Program-made: the position numbers and the translations under genes
Notes under the pieces: model-generated
Told to the model about the DNA's origin: nothing
The model's input: only the letters and a program-made list of their open reading frames with translations
The model's database searches: none
Assembly (NCBI RefSeq): GCF_009914755.1
Contig: NC_060943.1
DNA from: the human T2T-CHM13v2.0 reference genome, Homo sapiens
DNA length: 64,000 nt
Direction: 5' to 3' (one strand)
In this document: in pieces, positions 39,344-64,000 of the stretch
Layout of the letters: each line of letters starts with the position of its first letter
Position numbering within the stretch: position 1 is the stretch's first letter

Positions 39344-39570
39344 ATGCTGAAATCTCTCTGAGCCTACTCTGGCTTCACAGGCTACTCGATTTGCAAATCA
39401 CTCTTTGTTCAATTAAACTCTGTTGAATTTAATTTCTCCAAAGTTTTTGTTTTATTTTAAACATTTTCCTCAAATTTTTTCTATCATTAAAATGAATAAT
39501 GTGCTCTTGGGCTTTGATTTTCTAAATTCATCCCTCAGCTATTTTCCCAAATTATTTTGTCCTTTCATAA

Positions 39571-39768
<198 letters not shown>

Positions 39769-39879
39769 TAAAGATGGGGTTTCACCGTGTTAGCCAGGAT
39801 GGTCTCCATCTCCTGACCTGGTGATTTGCCCGCCTTGGCCCAAGAGTGCTGGCGTGAGCCACCGCACCTGGCTACATCT

Positions 39880-42209
<2,330 letters not shown>

Positions 42210-42649
42210 CTACTCGGGAGGCTGAGGTGGGAGAATTGTTTGAACCCAGGAAGCGGTGGTAGCAGTGGCTGAGATTGTGCCACTGCACTCCAGCCTGAGC
42301 AAAAGAGTGAGACTCCATCTCAAAAAAAAAAAAAAAAAAAAACCCTCTCTCTCTCTTTGATTGTCACACCCAGGCTGGAGTGTGACAAAAACAAAACTAA
42401 TAGGTCAAATTCAGCATGCAGGAAGAAGCACAGGAAAATAGAGAGAGAAAAGAAAAAAGAAGAAAAACAACACCAAGTTACTCTAAGTACTGTGGAAATA
42501 AACTGAAAGTGGGGTTAGAGAAAAAAAGAAAGAAGAAGGTCCAAGTAGTTCCAGGTACTTGGGAGGCTGAGATGGGAAGACCAACTGGACGTGACCAGTG
42601 AATCACAGTCTGCATGGACCTGAATGGTACAGGCGCCAGTGAGAGCCAT

Positions 42650-42660
42650 CTGGTCGACCT
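42650..42660 (-). terminator. Intact Sal-box core AGGTCGACCAG (candidate TTF-I site)
   Basis: Plus strand ctggtcgacct. Identical to the 11-bp core of the mouse Sal box and one base from the human GGGTCGACCAG. Function untested. Confidence 0.5.
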
Positions 42661-43969
42661 TAGACATGGCAAGCTGACAGCCAGGTCCAAAGCTCATGGC
42701 CAACATCTCTCTCAAAATAAATAAACAAAAAACCAACAGTAAATTTTAACAATAACAAAGAAATAATAACAAGCAATAAGACCAATAAATAAGTAGAAGT
42801 AAACAAACGTAAAAGGTAATTAATATCACAATTAGTTGTTCTCTCTCTCTGTTTCTCAGTTTCTGTCTTTCTGTTTCTCTGTCTCTCTCTCCCTTGATCT
42901 CTGTGTGTCACACTATCACACCCAGGCTAGAGTGCAGGTGTATGGTTACAGCTCACTGTTGATTGCACACCTGCACTCAAGCCATGATGTGACAGAGTGA
43001 GAAGACCTAGCTAAATAGAAATATATATAACATCAACTTCAGCATCTAGGAAGGAGCATAAAAGATTTTAAAAAGAGAGAGAGAGAACAAAGGACACAAA
43101 AGAAAAACTACGGCAACTCTCTCTAAGTACTGTGGAAGCAAACTGAAAGTGGGGCTAGAAAAAAAACAGAGGAAGAAGGTTTGAGTAGTTTTACATACTT
43201 AGGAGGCTGAATGGAAAGACCACCAGGGTGAGACTGAGGAGATCAAGGCTATAGGGAATCACAATCACATCCTTCCTTTGGACCTGAAAAGTACTGCCAC
43301 TGGTTATAGCTATCTGGTCCACCTGAGACATGGCAAGCTGGCGGCCAAGTCCAATGCTCATGGCTGAAGTCTGTCTCAAAATAAATAAACTAACAACAGT
43401 AAATATTCAACAATAAAGAAATAATAAAAAACAATAATAAGACAAATAAGTGGGAGGGAACAAAGATAAAAGGTAATTAATATCACAATTAATTGTCTCT
43501 CTTTCTGTCTCTCTCTCCCTTGATCTCCATGTGTCACAGTTTCACACCCAGGCTGGAGTGCACATGTGTGGTCACAGCTCATTGCTGATCACTCACCTGC
43601 ACTCCAGCCAGGGCGTGACAGAGTGAGAAGACCCAGCTAAAAAAAAAAAAAAGAAATCTAAAACATCAGTTTCAGCGTGCAGAAAGGAGTGTAAGGAAAT
43701 GAAACAAAGAGAGCAAAGAACAAAGGAGAAAAACCACAGCAACTCCCTCTAAGTTCTGTGGAAGCAAACTGAAAGTGGAGTTGGAAAAAGAACAGAGGAA
43801 GATCCAAGCAGTTTCAGGTACTTAGGAGGCCGAGATGGATGGGAAGACCACCTGGGCAAGACCAGGGAGATCAATGCCACAATGAATCACAGTTGCATCT
43901 CTTTCCAGCCATGCTCAGTGGCTCACGCTTGTAATCCTGGTACTTTGGGAGGCCGAGGCGGGTGGATCA

Positions 43970-44218
<249 letters not shown>

Positions 44219-45067
44219 TTACCTGAGTAATATGAGCAATACTGCTGCCGGTGAGAGCTATCTGGCTGACCTTAGACAAGGCAAGCTGGCGGCCAGGTCC
44301 AATGCTCGCAGCTGACAACTGCCTCAAAATTAATAAACAAATGACCAACAGTAAATAATAATAACAGAGAAATGATAATGAACAATAATATGACCAATCA
44401 ATAAATAAATAAATGGGAGTGAACAAAGGTAAAAGGTAATTAATATCACAATTTATTGTTGTCTCTCTCTGTCTCTATTTCTCTGTCTGTTTCTGTCTGT
44501 CTGTGTCTCTGTCTGTCTTTCTGTCTCTCTCTTTGATCTCTGTATGTCACACTGTCAAACCCAGGCTGAGGTGAAGGTGTGCAGTCACAGCTCACTGCTG
44601 GTCATGCACCTGCACTCCAGCCAGGGTGTGACAGAGTGAGAAGACCTAGCTAAAAAAATATATATGTGTATAAAACATCAACTTCTGCATGCAGGAAAGA
44701 GCGTAAAAAAAATTAAAAAAAAAAAGAGAGACAGCAAAGAACAAAAAGAAAAACTACAGCAACTCTCTCAAAGTACTGTGGAAGCAAACTGAAAGTGGGG
44801 TTAGAAATAAAGCAGAGGAAGAAGGTCTGAGTAGTCCCAGGTACTCGGGAGGCCAAGATGGGAAGATCAGCCCCGTGAGACTGGGGAGATGCAGGCTGCA
44901 GTGAATCATGATCGCATCCCTCTGCTGGACCTGAATGGTACTGCTGCCAGCAAGAGCCAAATGGTCGACCTTAGACATGGCAAGCTGGCGACCAAGTCCA
45001 ACACTCGTGGCTGACATCTGTCATAAAATGTATAAACAAGAAAACCAACAATATATATATTTTTTGA

Positions 45068-45220
<153 letters not shown>

Positions 45221-46121
45221 TAGTTTTAGTAGAGATGGGGTTTCTCCATGTTGGTCTGGCTGGTCTCGAACTCCCGACCTCAGTTCATCCACCTGCCTCG
45301 GCCTCCCAAAGTGCTGAGATTACAGGCATGAGCCACCTCGCTCAGCCCATAAATATTTAAAAATAACAAAGAAATAACAATAACAAGACCAATAAATAAG
45401 TAAGTGGGAGTGAACAAAGGTAAAATGGAATTAATATCACAACTAATTGTTGTCTTTCTGTCTGTCTCTGTTTTGGTCTCTCTGCCACTGTCTGTGTCTC
45501 TGTCTCTCTGTCTATCCCTCTCTCCATCAATCTCTGTGTGTCACACTGTCACACACAGGCTGGAGGGCAAGGTCACGGTAATGACTCACTGCTGATTGAA
45601 CACCTACACTCCAGCCAGGGTGTGACAGAGTTAGAAGACCTACAAAAAATAAAATTAAATTAAACATCCATGTCAGTGTGGAGGAAAGAAGGTAGCAAAA
45701 AATAAAAGAAAAAAAGAAACAGAGCAAAGAACAAAGAATAAAGGCCACAGCAACTCCCCCTAAATACTGTGGAAGCAAAATGAAAGTGGGGGTAGAAAAA
45801 AAAAGTAGGAAGATGGACTGTGTAGTCCCAGGTAAATGGGAGGCTGAGATGGGAAAACCTTCCGGATGAGACCACGAAGATCGTTGCTGCATTGAATCAT
45901 GATTGTATCCCTCTGCTGGGCCTGAACAATAGTGCTGCCAATGAGAGCCATGTGGTCAACCTTGACACCAGCAAGAGCCATCAGTTTGACCTTAGACATG
46001 GTGAGCTGGCGACTAAGTCCAACACTCGCAGCCGACATATGTCACAAAATAAATATACAAAAAAAAACAACAGTAAATATTTAACAATAACTAAGAAATA
46101 ATAACAAACAATATTAAAGAC

Positions 46122-46609
46122 TGTTGGGAACAGGCTCCCAAATCTGGCCATAAACAGGCCCCAAAACTGGCCATAAACAAAATCTCTGCAGCACTGTGAC
46201 ATGCTTGTGATGGCTATGATGCCCATGCTGAAGGTTTTTGGTTTACCAGAATGAGGGCAAGGAACACCTGGCCAACCCAGGGTGGAAAGCCGCTTAAGGC
46301 ATTCCTAAACCATGAACAATAGCATGAGCAATCTGTGCCTTAAGGACATGTTCCTGCAGCAGATAACTAGCCAGAGCCCATCCCTTTGTTTCCCATAAGG
46401 AATGCTTTTAGTTAATCTATAATCTATAGAAACAATGCTTATCACTGGCTTGCTGTCAATAAATATGTGGGTAGCACTCTGTTTGTGGCGGTCAGCTCTG
46501 AAGGCTATCAGCCCCCTGATTCCCACTCTGCACTCTGTATCTGTGTCTGTGTCTTTAATTCCTCTAGCGCCACTGGGTTAGGGTCTCCACGACTGAGCTG
46601 GTCTCGGTA
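46122..46609 (+). mobile_element. MER9 solo LTR (HERV-K9/HML-3) inserted into array unit 5
   Basis: tgttgggaacaggctcccaaatctggccataaac...gctggtctcggta, flanked by a perfect 6-bp TSD AAAGAC (46116-46121 and 46610-46615). Confidence 0.9.
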
Positions 46610-49384
46610 AAAGACCAATAAATAAATGAGAGTGAACAAGGGTAAAAAATAATTAATATCACAATTAAGATATTCTTCTCTCTCTCTCTCTGATTATCAC
46701 ACTCAAGCTGGAGTGTGACAAAAATAAAAAAAATCTAAGAGGTCAACTTCAGCATGCAGAAAGGAACATAGAAAAATAGAGAAAACAACAAAGATTTAAA
46801 ACAACAGCAAGTCACTCTAACTACTGTGGAACAAACTGAAAGTGGGGTTAGAACAAAAACAGAGGAAGTAGGTCCTAGTAGTTGCAGGGACTCTAGAGGC
46901 TGAGATGGAAAGATCACCCATGTGAGAACAAGACTGAGGCTACAGAGAGTCATAATCACATCACTCTGCTGGACCTGAAACAGTATGGCCACCAGCGAGA
47001 ACCATCTGGTCAACCTTAGACATGGCAAGCTGGCAGCTAAGCCCAATGCTCATGGCTGATATCCATCAGAAAATATATAAGCAAAAAAACCAACAGTAAA
47101 TATTTAACAATATCAAAGAAATAATAACAAACAATACTAAACACCAGTAAATCAATAAGCAGGAGTCAACAAAGATAAAAAGTAATTAATATTACAAGTA
47201 AGATCTTCTTCACTCTCTCTCTCTCTCTCTCTTCATTTGTCACACCCAGCTGGAGTGTGACAAAAAAATCTAAAAGGTAAACTTAAGCATGTAGAAAGGT
47301 ATGTAGAATAGAGAGAGAAAGAAAACAAGTAAAATAACAGCAAGTCATTCTAAGTACTCTGGAAACAAACTGAAAGTGGGGTTAGAAAAAAAAAAAGGAA
47401 GAAGGTCTGAGTAGTCCCAGGTACTCATGAGGCCGAGATGGGAAGACCACCCAGGCAAGACTGGGGAGATCTCGATCACATCCCTCTACTGGACCTGAAG
47501 GGTACTGCCACAGGTGAGAACCATCTGGTCAACCTTAGACATGGCAAGCTGGTGGCTAAGACCAAGGGTCATGGCTGGCATCTGTCTCAAAATTAATAAA
47601 CAAAAATACCAACATTACACATTTAACAATAACAAAGAAATAACAATATTAAGGACCAATAAATAAATAAGTGGGAGTGAAAAAAATAAAAGGTAATTAA
47701 TATCACAGTTAAGATTTCCTCTCTCTCTCTCTCTCTCCTTTTGTCACACCCAGGCTGGAGTGTGACAAATAAAAAATAACCTAAAAATTCAACTGCAATG
47801 TGCGCAAAGGACTATAGGAAAATAGAGAAAAGAACAAACAAGAAAAACAACAGCAAGTCACTCTAAGTACTGTGGGACAAACTGAAAGTGGGGTTAGGAA
47901 AAAAAAAAGGAAGAAGGTCTGAGTAGTCCAAGGTACTCAGGAGGCTGAGATGGGAAAACCACCTGGGTGAGACTGGAAAGATCAAGGCTGCAGTGAATCA
48001 GGATGGCATCCGTCTGCTGGATCTAAGTGGGACTGCTGCTTGCAAGAGCCATCTGGTTGACCTTAGACATGGTGAAACATGAGGCATCTGGAGGACCTTA
48101 GACATGGCAAGGCAAGAGCCATCTGGTTGGCCATAGACATGGCAATCTGGTGGCTAAGCCCAATGCTCACAGCCGACAGCTGTCTCAAAATAAATAAACA
48201 AAAAACCCAACAATAAATATTTAACAATAACAAAGAAATAATAACAAACAATATTAAGGAAAATAAATGAGTGAAAAAGGTAAAGAGGATAATAAATATC
48301 ACAATCAATATTATCCCCTCTTTTTTTCTCTCTTTCTCCATTTGTCACACCCACGCTGGAGTGTGACAAAAAAAAATAGTTAACTTCAGCTTATAGGAAG
48401 GAGTGTAGGAAAATAGATAGAGAAAGAACAAAGAAGAAAAACAACAGCAAGTCACTAGAAATACTGTGGAAACAAACCGAAAGTGGCTTTAGAAAAAAAG
48501 AGAAAGAAGTTCCGAGTAGTCCCAGGTACTCAGGAGGCTGAGATGGGAAGACCACGCAGGTGGGACCAGGAAGACTGAGGCTGCAGAGAATCATGATCAC
48601 ATCCTTCTGCTGGACCTGAATGGTATTGCCACTTGGCAAGAGCCATGTGGTGAATCTTAGACATGGCAATGGAGGAGCCATCTTGTTGACCTCAGACATG
48701 TCAGGGCAAGAACCTTCTGGTCCTGCCTCCAGTTTCCCTCTCCAAAATGGATTTATGTTTTAATATATTTAATAATTCTAATATTGAAATAACTTTATTT
48801 AGTTTTTATTCATCAAAAATACTAATTTTCTGTATAATTAATGGTTAGATTTAATTTAATTAGATTTAAATGAGAAATTGCCACAATCAAAACTTTTTAA
48901 AAGTACAACTGTATTTTATAGTTATAAAATGTACAAAATATGCAAAAATTAAAAATAAATTTGTGACATATTAAAGTGTATCTGTGTCTGTAAGATTGAG
49001 AAACATAGTGGATAAGCACATTGTCTACTCCTGAAACTTTCTTTTTATAATGAGGTGACTTTAGAAATGTCATTCAGCCTTCTTTTGTTTAATATCTCCT
49101 CACCTGTAAAAAGGGAACAATAAAGCACGTTGTAGATTTATGATAAAAATACATGTAAAACTTGTTATAGTATTCTAGAGTAGTACTATAATATAGTGGG
49201 AATATATGTTTTTCTTTTTAGAACAAAACTGTTACAAAAAAAGGGGTTCAATAAAATATTTCTGAGTTGGAAACAATGGCAAGTATACGGCAGAATGTTT
49301 TGGTTTCCTCCATAAAGCAGACGTCATCTGTCCATGAAAGATCTCCTCACTTGGAATGAAATTATAAGTCACTTGAAAATAACA

Positions 49385-51780
49385 GATTGTCTCCAGTAAT
49401 ATAGCAGTAGGAATGATCTTATCTCAGACCATAGTTAAATAGCTGGGATTTTTTGTTTCTTGGCATCAGAGTTTTCTTTATTTACCACATGCACATTATG
49501 ATCCACAGATTTGATTCTCAAGCACCTGACTATGGCCAACTCCTTGGTACTCTCTAAAAAAAGTCCTTTAGATGATGACTGATTTGGAGTTGAAATATTT
49601 TCTCAGTAATATTAAATAGAAAGTGTTTTCTATGTTCAGAGAGTGGCCAGAGCATGTGCATTGACACCATCTGCCTCTTGAGTATCTCCCAGGCCATCAC
49701 CATCAGCCCCAAAAACCTCATGTGGGCATAGCTTAAACTACATGATTCCAAATATATTTGAATCTCTAATATCCAAATTATGTGCTGAATTCTGAATAGG
49801 CTTATAAATGTCATTTTTCCTATGTATGTTACTGGCAAATGGAACACAATAAACAACACAAAAATTATTTAAAACACTGTTCTGGAGTAGTTAATAACAG
49901 AATTCCACATTTATCACATGTTGTGCTTTTATTATTTTTTAATGTTTTGTGTTTGGAACTTTTAACCTGGGCCAGCAGCTCCATGACTTTTATCCTGTTC
50001 AACACAAGTAGTGGGGTCCAACACATTCATAGGTCCAACACCACTCCTAAATTCTCACCTGAGTCCACAGTCACCCAAAACATCTTTGTCCTAAGGAGCA
50101 CCTTTGTATTATTTTACACTCTCTTCTACATCTTTTCAGTATATACGTTTTTTTTAATTTTTTTATTTTTTTATTTTTTAGTATTTATTGATCATTCTTG
50201 GGTGTTTCTCAGAGAGGGGGATTTGGCAGGGTCATAGGACAATAGTGGAGGGAAGGTCAGCAGATAAACATGTGAACAAGGGTCTCTGGTTTTCCTAGGC
50301 AGAGGGCCCTGCTGCCTTCCGCAGTGTTTGTGTCCCTGGGTACTTGAGATTAGGGAGTGGTGATGACTCTTAACAAGCATGCTGCCTTCAAGCATCTGTT
50401 TCACAAAGCACATCTTGCACCGCCCTTAATCCATTTAACCCTGAGTGGACATAGCACATGTTTCAGAGCACGGGGTTGGGGGTAAGGTTATAGATTAACA
50501 GCATCCCAAGGCAGAAGAATTTTTCTTAGTACAGAACAAAATGGAGTCTCCTATGTGTACTTCTTTCTATACAGGCACAGTAACAATCTGATCTCTTTCT
50601 TTTCCCCACATTTCCCCCTTTTCTATTAGACAAAACCGCCATCGTCATCATGGCCCTTTCTCAATGAGCTGTTGGGTACACCTCCCAGACGGGGTGGCGG
50701 CCGGGCAGAGGGGCTCCTCACCTCCCAGACGGGGCGGCTGGGCAGAGGCGCCCCCCATCTCCGGGACAGGGTGGCAGCCAGGCGGGGGCTGCCCCCACCT
50801 CCCTCCCGGACTGGGCAGCTGCTGGGCGGAGACGCTCCTCACTTCCCAGATGGGGCGGCTGCCGGATGGAGGGGCTCCTCACTTCCCCGACGGGGCGGCT
50901 GCCGGGTGGAGGGGCTCCTCACTTCTCAGACGGGGTGGCCGGGCAGAGACGCTCCTCACCTCCCAGACGGGGTGGCGGTCGGGCAGGGACACTCCTCACC
51001 TCCCAGATGGGGTGGCGGTCGGGCAGAGGTGCTCCTCACATCCCAGACGGGGCGGCCGGGCAGAGACGCTCCTCACTTCCTAGACAGGATGGCAGCCGGG
51101 AAGAGGCGCTCCTCACTTCCCAGACTGGGCAGCCGGGCAGAGGGGCTCCTCACATTCCAGACGATGGGTGGCCAGGCAGAGACGGTCCTCACTTCCCAGA
51201 CGGGGTGGCGACCGGGCAGAGGCTGCAATCTCAGCACTTTGGGAGGCCAAGGCAGGCGGCTGGGAGGTGGAGGTTGTAGCGAGCGGAGATCACGCCACTG
51301 CACTCCAGCCTGGTCAAGATTGAGCACTGAGTGAGCGAGACTCCGTCTGCAATCCCGGCACCCGGGGAGGCCCAGGCGGGCAGATCACTCGCGGTCAGGA
51401 GCTGGAGACCAGCCCGGCCAACATGGTGAAACCCCATCTCCACCAAAAAATACAAAAACCAGTCAGGCGTGGCGGTGCGCGCCTGCAATCCCAGGCACTG
51501 GCAGGCTGAGGCAGGAGAATGAGGCAGGGAGGTTGCAGTGAGCCGAGATGGCGGCAGTACAGTCCAGCCTCCACTCGGCATCAGAGGGAGACCATGGAAA
51601 GTGGGAGACGGGAGAGGGGGAGGGGGAGGGGGAGGGGGAAGGGGAGGGTTCTTTTTTATAATCCAAGTTGTTGGCTTATGAAAAACTCTAAACTGATCAC
51701 TGCTTGTTTTTTCTATAGTCAGGTCCATTGTTCTCATAAGCCATGACCCCAGAATATCCAGGATAACCTCTTCCTGCTAT
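49385..51780 (+). pseudogene. Vomeronasal type-1 receptor (VN1R-family) pseudogene, split by an SVA into ~49385-50147 and ~51648-51780
   Basis: V1R motifs in shifting frames: STDLILKHLTMANSLV (~49503), FYVQRVAR (~49628), TICLLSISQAITISP (~49666), WASSSMTFILF, VQHIHR, SPESTVTQNIFVL; after the SVA, LFYNPSCWLMKNSKLITACF and PLFS/VLISHDPRISR-like TM7 and tail sequence. Multiple stops and frameshifts. Confidence 0.9.
50148..51647 (-). mobile_element. Full-structure SVA retrotransposon, probably an older subfamily (A-C), with a short VNTR
   Basis: Left to right on the plus strand: poly-T tail (50148-50179), SINE-R (~50180-50675), GC-rich VNTR (~50680-51220), Alu-like domain (~51220-51590), hexamer-like (GGGGGA/GGGAGA)n head (51602-51647); degenerate TSD gttttttttaa / gttcttttttat. 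Confidence 0.95.
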
Positions 51781-52284
51781 GGAAGGAATATACAGTTTCC
51801 TAAGATGATCACATAGATCTACATTTTATGTGGAATTATTTTTTTAATGTGCAGACCTTCATTCATTATTTTATGCAGAGGTTTAATTACCACAAAGAGC
51901 AGTCACATATCAGAGAACCCATGAGTCACCGACTGAGTCCCTGCCCTCATAGAATTTATTATATGGTAGCAATGACAGTTACAGACTAAATGTTTTGAAT
52001 AGTTCTTTGATAATTTTCTATTTACTAAATGTTATAATAAAGAAATTTAGAGGCCAAAATTTTATTTTAAAATGGGGCCTCTAGTAATTTGGAGACATTG
52101 GAAAACTTATATGGGTATGTAGCTTTAAACTAATTAATTTAAAACGTCCACTGGGAGCTGTGGCTCATGCCTGTTATCTCAACACTTTGGGAGTCTGAGG
52201 CAGGTGGATCACCTGGGGTCAGGAGTTTGAGACCAGCCTGGCCAACATGGCGAAACCCTGTCTCTACTAAAAATATAAAAATTA

Positions 52285-54450
<2,166 letters not shown>

Positions 54451-56164
54451 ATGATACAAGAGGGCAAATGAGTGAGGCCTACAGGCTCCAGGGCAATGTA
54501 AGAGACCTCAGAAGCCTCCTGTGCTTCCTTGTTTGCCTCCACTGTTCTGAGGTATCCAGTTAACTCACAAGTTCATCATCCCAGCCTGGAAAATGACTCT
54601 GGTTCCACTTCCAAAAAAGAACCCCAGAGCTATGACAGGGATGGTCTTCAGAGCAGTGATCTGATGCTCTGCCACATTCTACACTAGCCTGAGTGCTCAG
54701 TCCCACAAACCCCCAAGCAAATTTCTGCTCTGAAAGGCCTCCAGAGGATATGGAGAAATTTCCAAGGATCTGAGAGTACAGTGGGTAATTGATAGACAGC
54801 AAGGTCAACTCACCTTTTTGAGCGTTCGAAATTTAGATGCCACCCAGGTCAATTACTTCAATTTACAGAGAAAAATTTGAGGTTTTTCACTACTGTATTC
54901 CCCTTCATACTGTGTGTAGGGGGATTACTCCCAATTTTAATTACACAGAGCAATGAATGCAGAAACTAAGTTTTTGTCCTCTAAAAGCTTTCCTGGGGAT
55001 GGCCACAGAACAGGCAGATCCATGGGAACCTTGAGGTTCCCAAGTCATCAGCCTGTTATCTTTTCTCCTCCCCATGTTATAGGTCCTGGGCATGTTACCC
55101 AGGAGACTGGGTGCCCCTACCCCGTGGCAGAGCTGCCCTCATCCTCTGTCTTCTTGTCACTCCATCAGTGTTAACTGCTCTTCTGACCTTTAACCTGAGA
55201 AGTCTGTGTGTGTGTGTGTGTGCACGCTCATGCACGGAAACCTGTGCAAGTTTAATGGTGCAGATATGAGTGTGCTCCATACGAGAAAATTGGCAGAAAT
55301 TCTCAAGATCTCAGGGACTCTCATTCTCAAAGCAAACCCCGTGATAGCGATGAGCCCTGGCCTATGAGGTCAGAATGCTCTTTTATCCTCTGGACTCTGC
55401 CAACTTTATGTTCTCTGGGCCAGTCTCTGCTTCTCTCCAGACCTCAGTTTCCCAGTTATCCAGTGAGATGTTAGATGTCAAAGTGTTTAAGCCACAGCTC
55501 AGCATGCACACGGTGCAAGCTCCCTACCAACTAGGATGGGTGTAGCAGGGCTGTGATCAGGGTGTACCCAGATCTTCCTCAGTTGGACAGAAATAGATGA
55601 GTTCTGCACTGGGCAGCTGGACCTTCTGTCCAAAAAAGGTCACGCGCACAGGATCCTTCAAGGACCACAGACAATGTGCGCATATGAGACCCACCTTTAT
55701 CCCCCAGCAGCTCCCACTGGAGCATACCCAATATGTCCCCTGTCCTCTGCATCTAGAAAGTGGTGACATCCTCACTTAACACATGGACTGATGGACCCTT
55801 TGTGGTGGAGTAGTCCCACAAAGAGAATCTGAGATGCTATTAACTGTACAAGGAACTATGGATGTGGGCCATATGAAGGCACTAGAACTTCAGAATTAAA
55901 TCTTCCCCACTCCTGCCTCCACCACTATGCAGATAAAAAAATGGTCCTTGGAAAGTGATATGTCTTACCGAAGATTACCAGGGATTCCATGTCAAAGCTA
56001 GCACTTTGGTTAGGATTACATTTGCCTATAAGTAGAAGGATGCCCAATATAACAGTAGTGCAGACAAGATACAGAATGCTTTCTTTCTCATAAATAAGAA
56101 TCTTAGAGCTGGACAGTCCATGACTCTGGACTGTGCACCAAGGCAGTCAAAAATTATCTTTTTG

Positions 56165-64000
<7,836 letters not shown>

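Larger units (their letters stand above)
37531..39463 (+). mobile_element. MER57-family solo LTR (halves 37531-37826 and 39344-39463) split by an LTR5 insertion
   Basis: Starts tgttaaatta...ctaaagctgc; contains caactgttcaaaccatgttcaaataaggcaaac; resumes tctctctgagcctactctggc...attaaactc...ttttaaaca. Confidence 0.75.

Noticed and set aside
50664-51746. Long GC-rich ORFs (220, 168, 139 and 137 aa)
   Set aside because: All lie within the SVA VNTR, Alu-like and hexamer domains; they are stop-poor repeat sequence, not genes.
54460-55980. Non-repetitive-looking segment with a possible minus-strand donor (ctcacc at ~54809) and short ORFs
   Set aside because: No recognisable protein or RNA homology on manual translation; an exon cannot be supported without transcript data.

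Overview
Human-type genomic DNA with no intact protein-coding region, from a ZNF91-subfamily KRAB zinc-finger cluster. From memory, the gene content and spacing fit chr19p12 around ZNF724/IPO5P1; the locus name is an inference. Left to right: (1) intron 1, exon 1 and CpG promoter of a minus-strand KRAB-ZNF gene (start ATG 11066-11068; KRAB and finger exons lie off-window to the left); (2) a 290-bp frameshifted IPO5 coding fragment; (3) a ~9-kb diverged beta-satellite block with higher-order structure; (4) a duplicated ZNF promoter/exon 1/intron 1 with no KRAB exons of its own (probably the IPO5P1 promoter); (5) a triple-nested LTR (MER57 > LTR5 > LTR6B); (6) a third, inverted copy of the ZNF intron 1; (7) a ~6.4-kb array of nine 500-720 bp units; (8) a vomeronasal type-1 receptor pseudogene split by an SVA; (9) old L1s and dozens of Alus. 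The most interesting element is the array at 42344-48725. Each unit is an Alu-monomer derivative carrying one to three Sal-box motifs (AGGTCGACCAG on the minus strand, mostly CpG-decayed) and resembles the RNA polymerase I terminator R-repeats downstream of 28S rDNA as I recall them. It looks like an old dispersed fossil of the rDNA terminator / fork-barrier array, and it suggests the R-repeat is itself built on an Alu. The rDNA comparison is from memory and needs an alignment.
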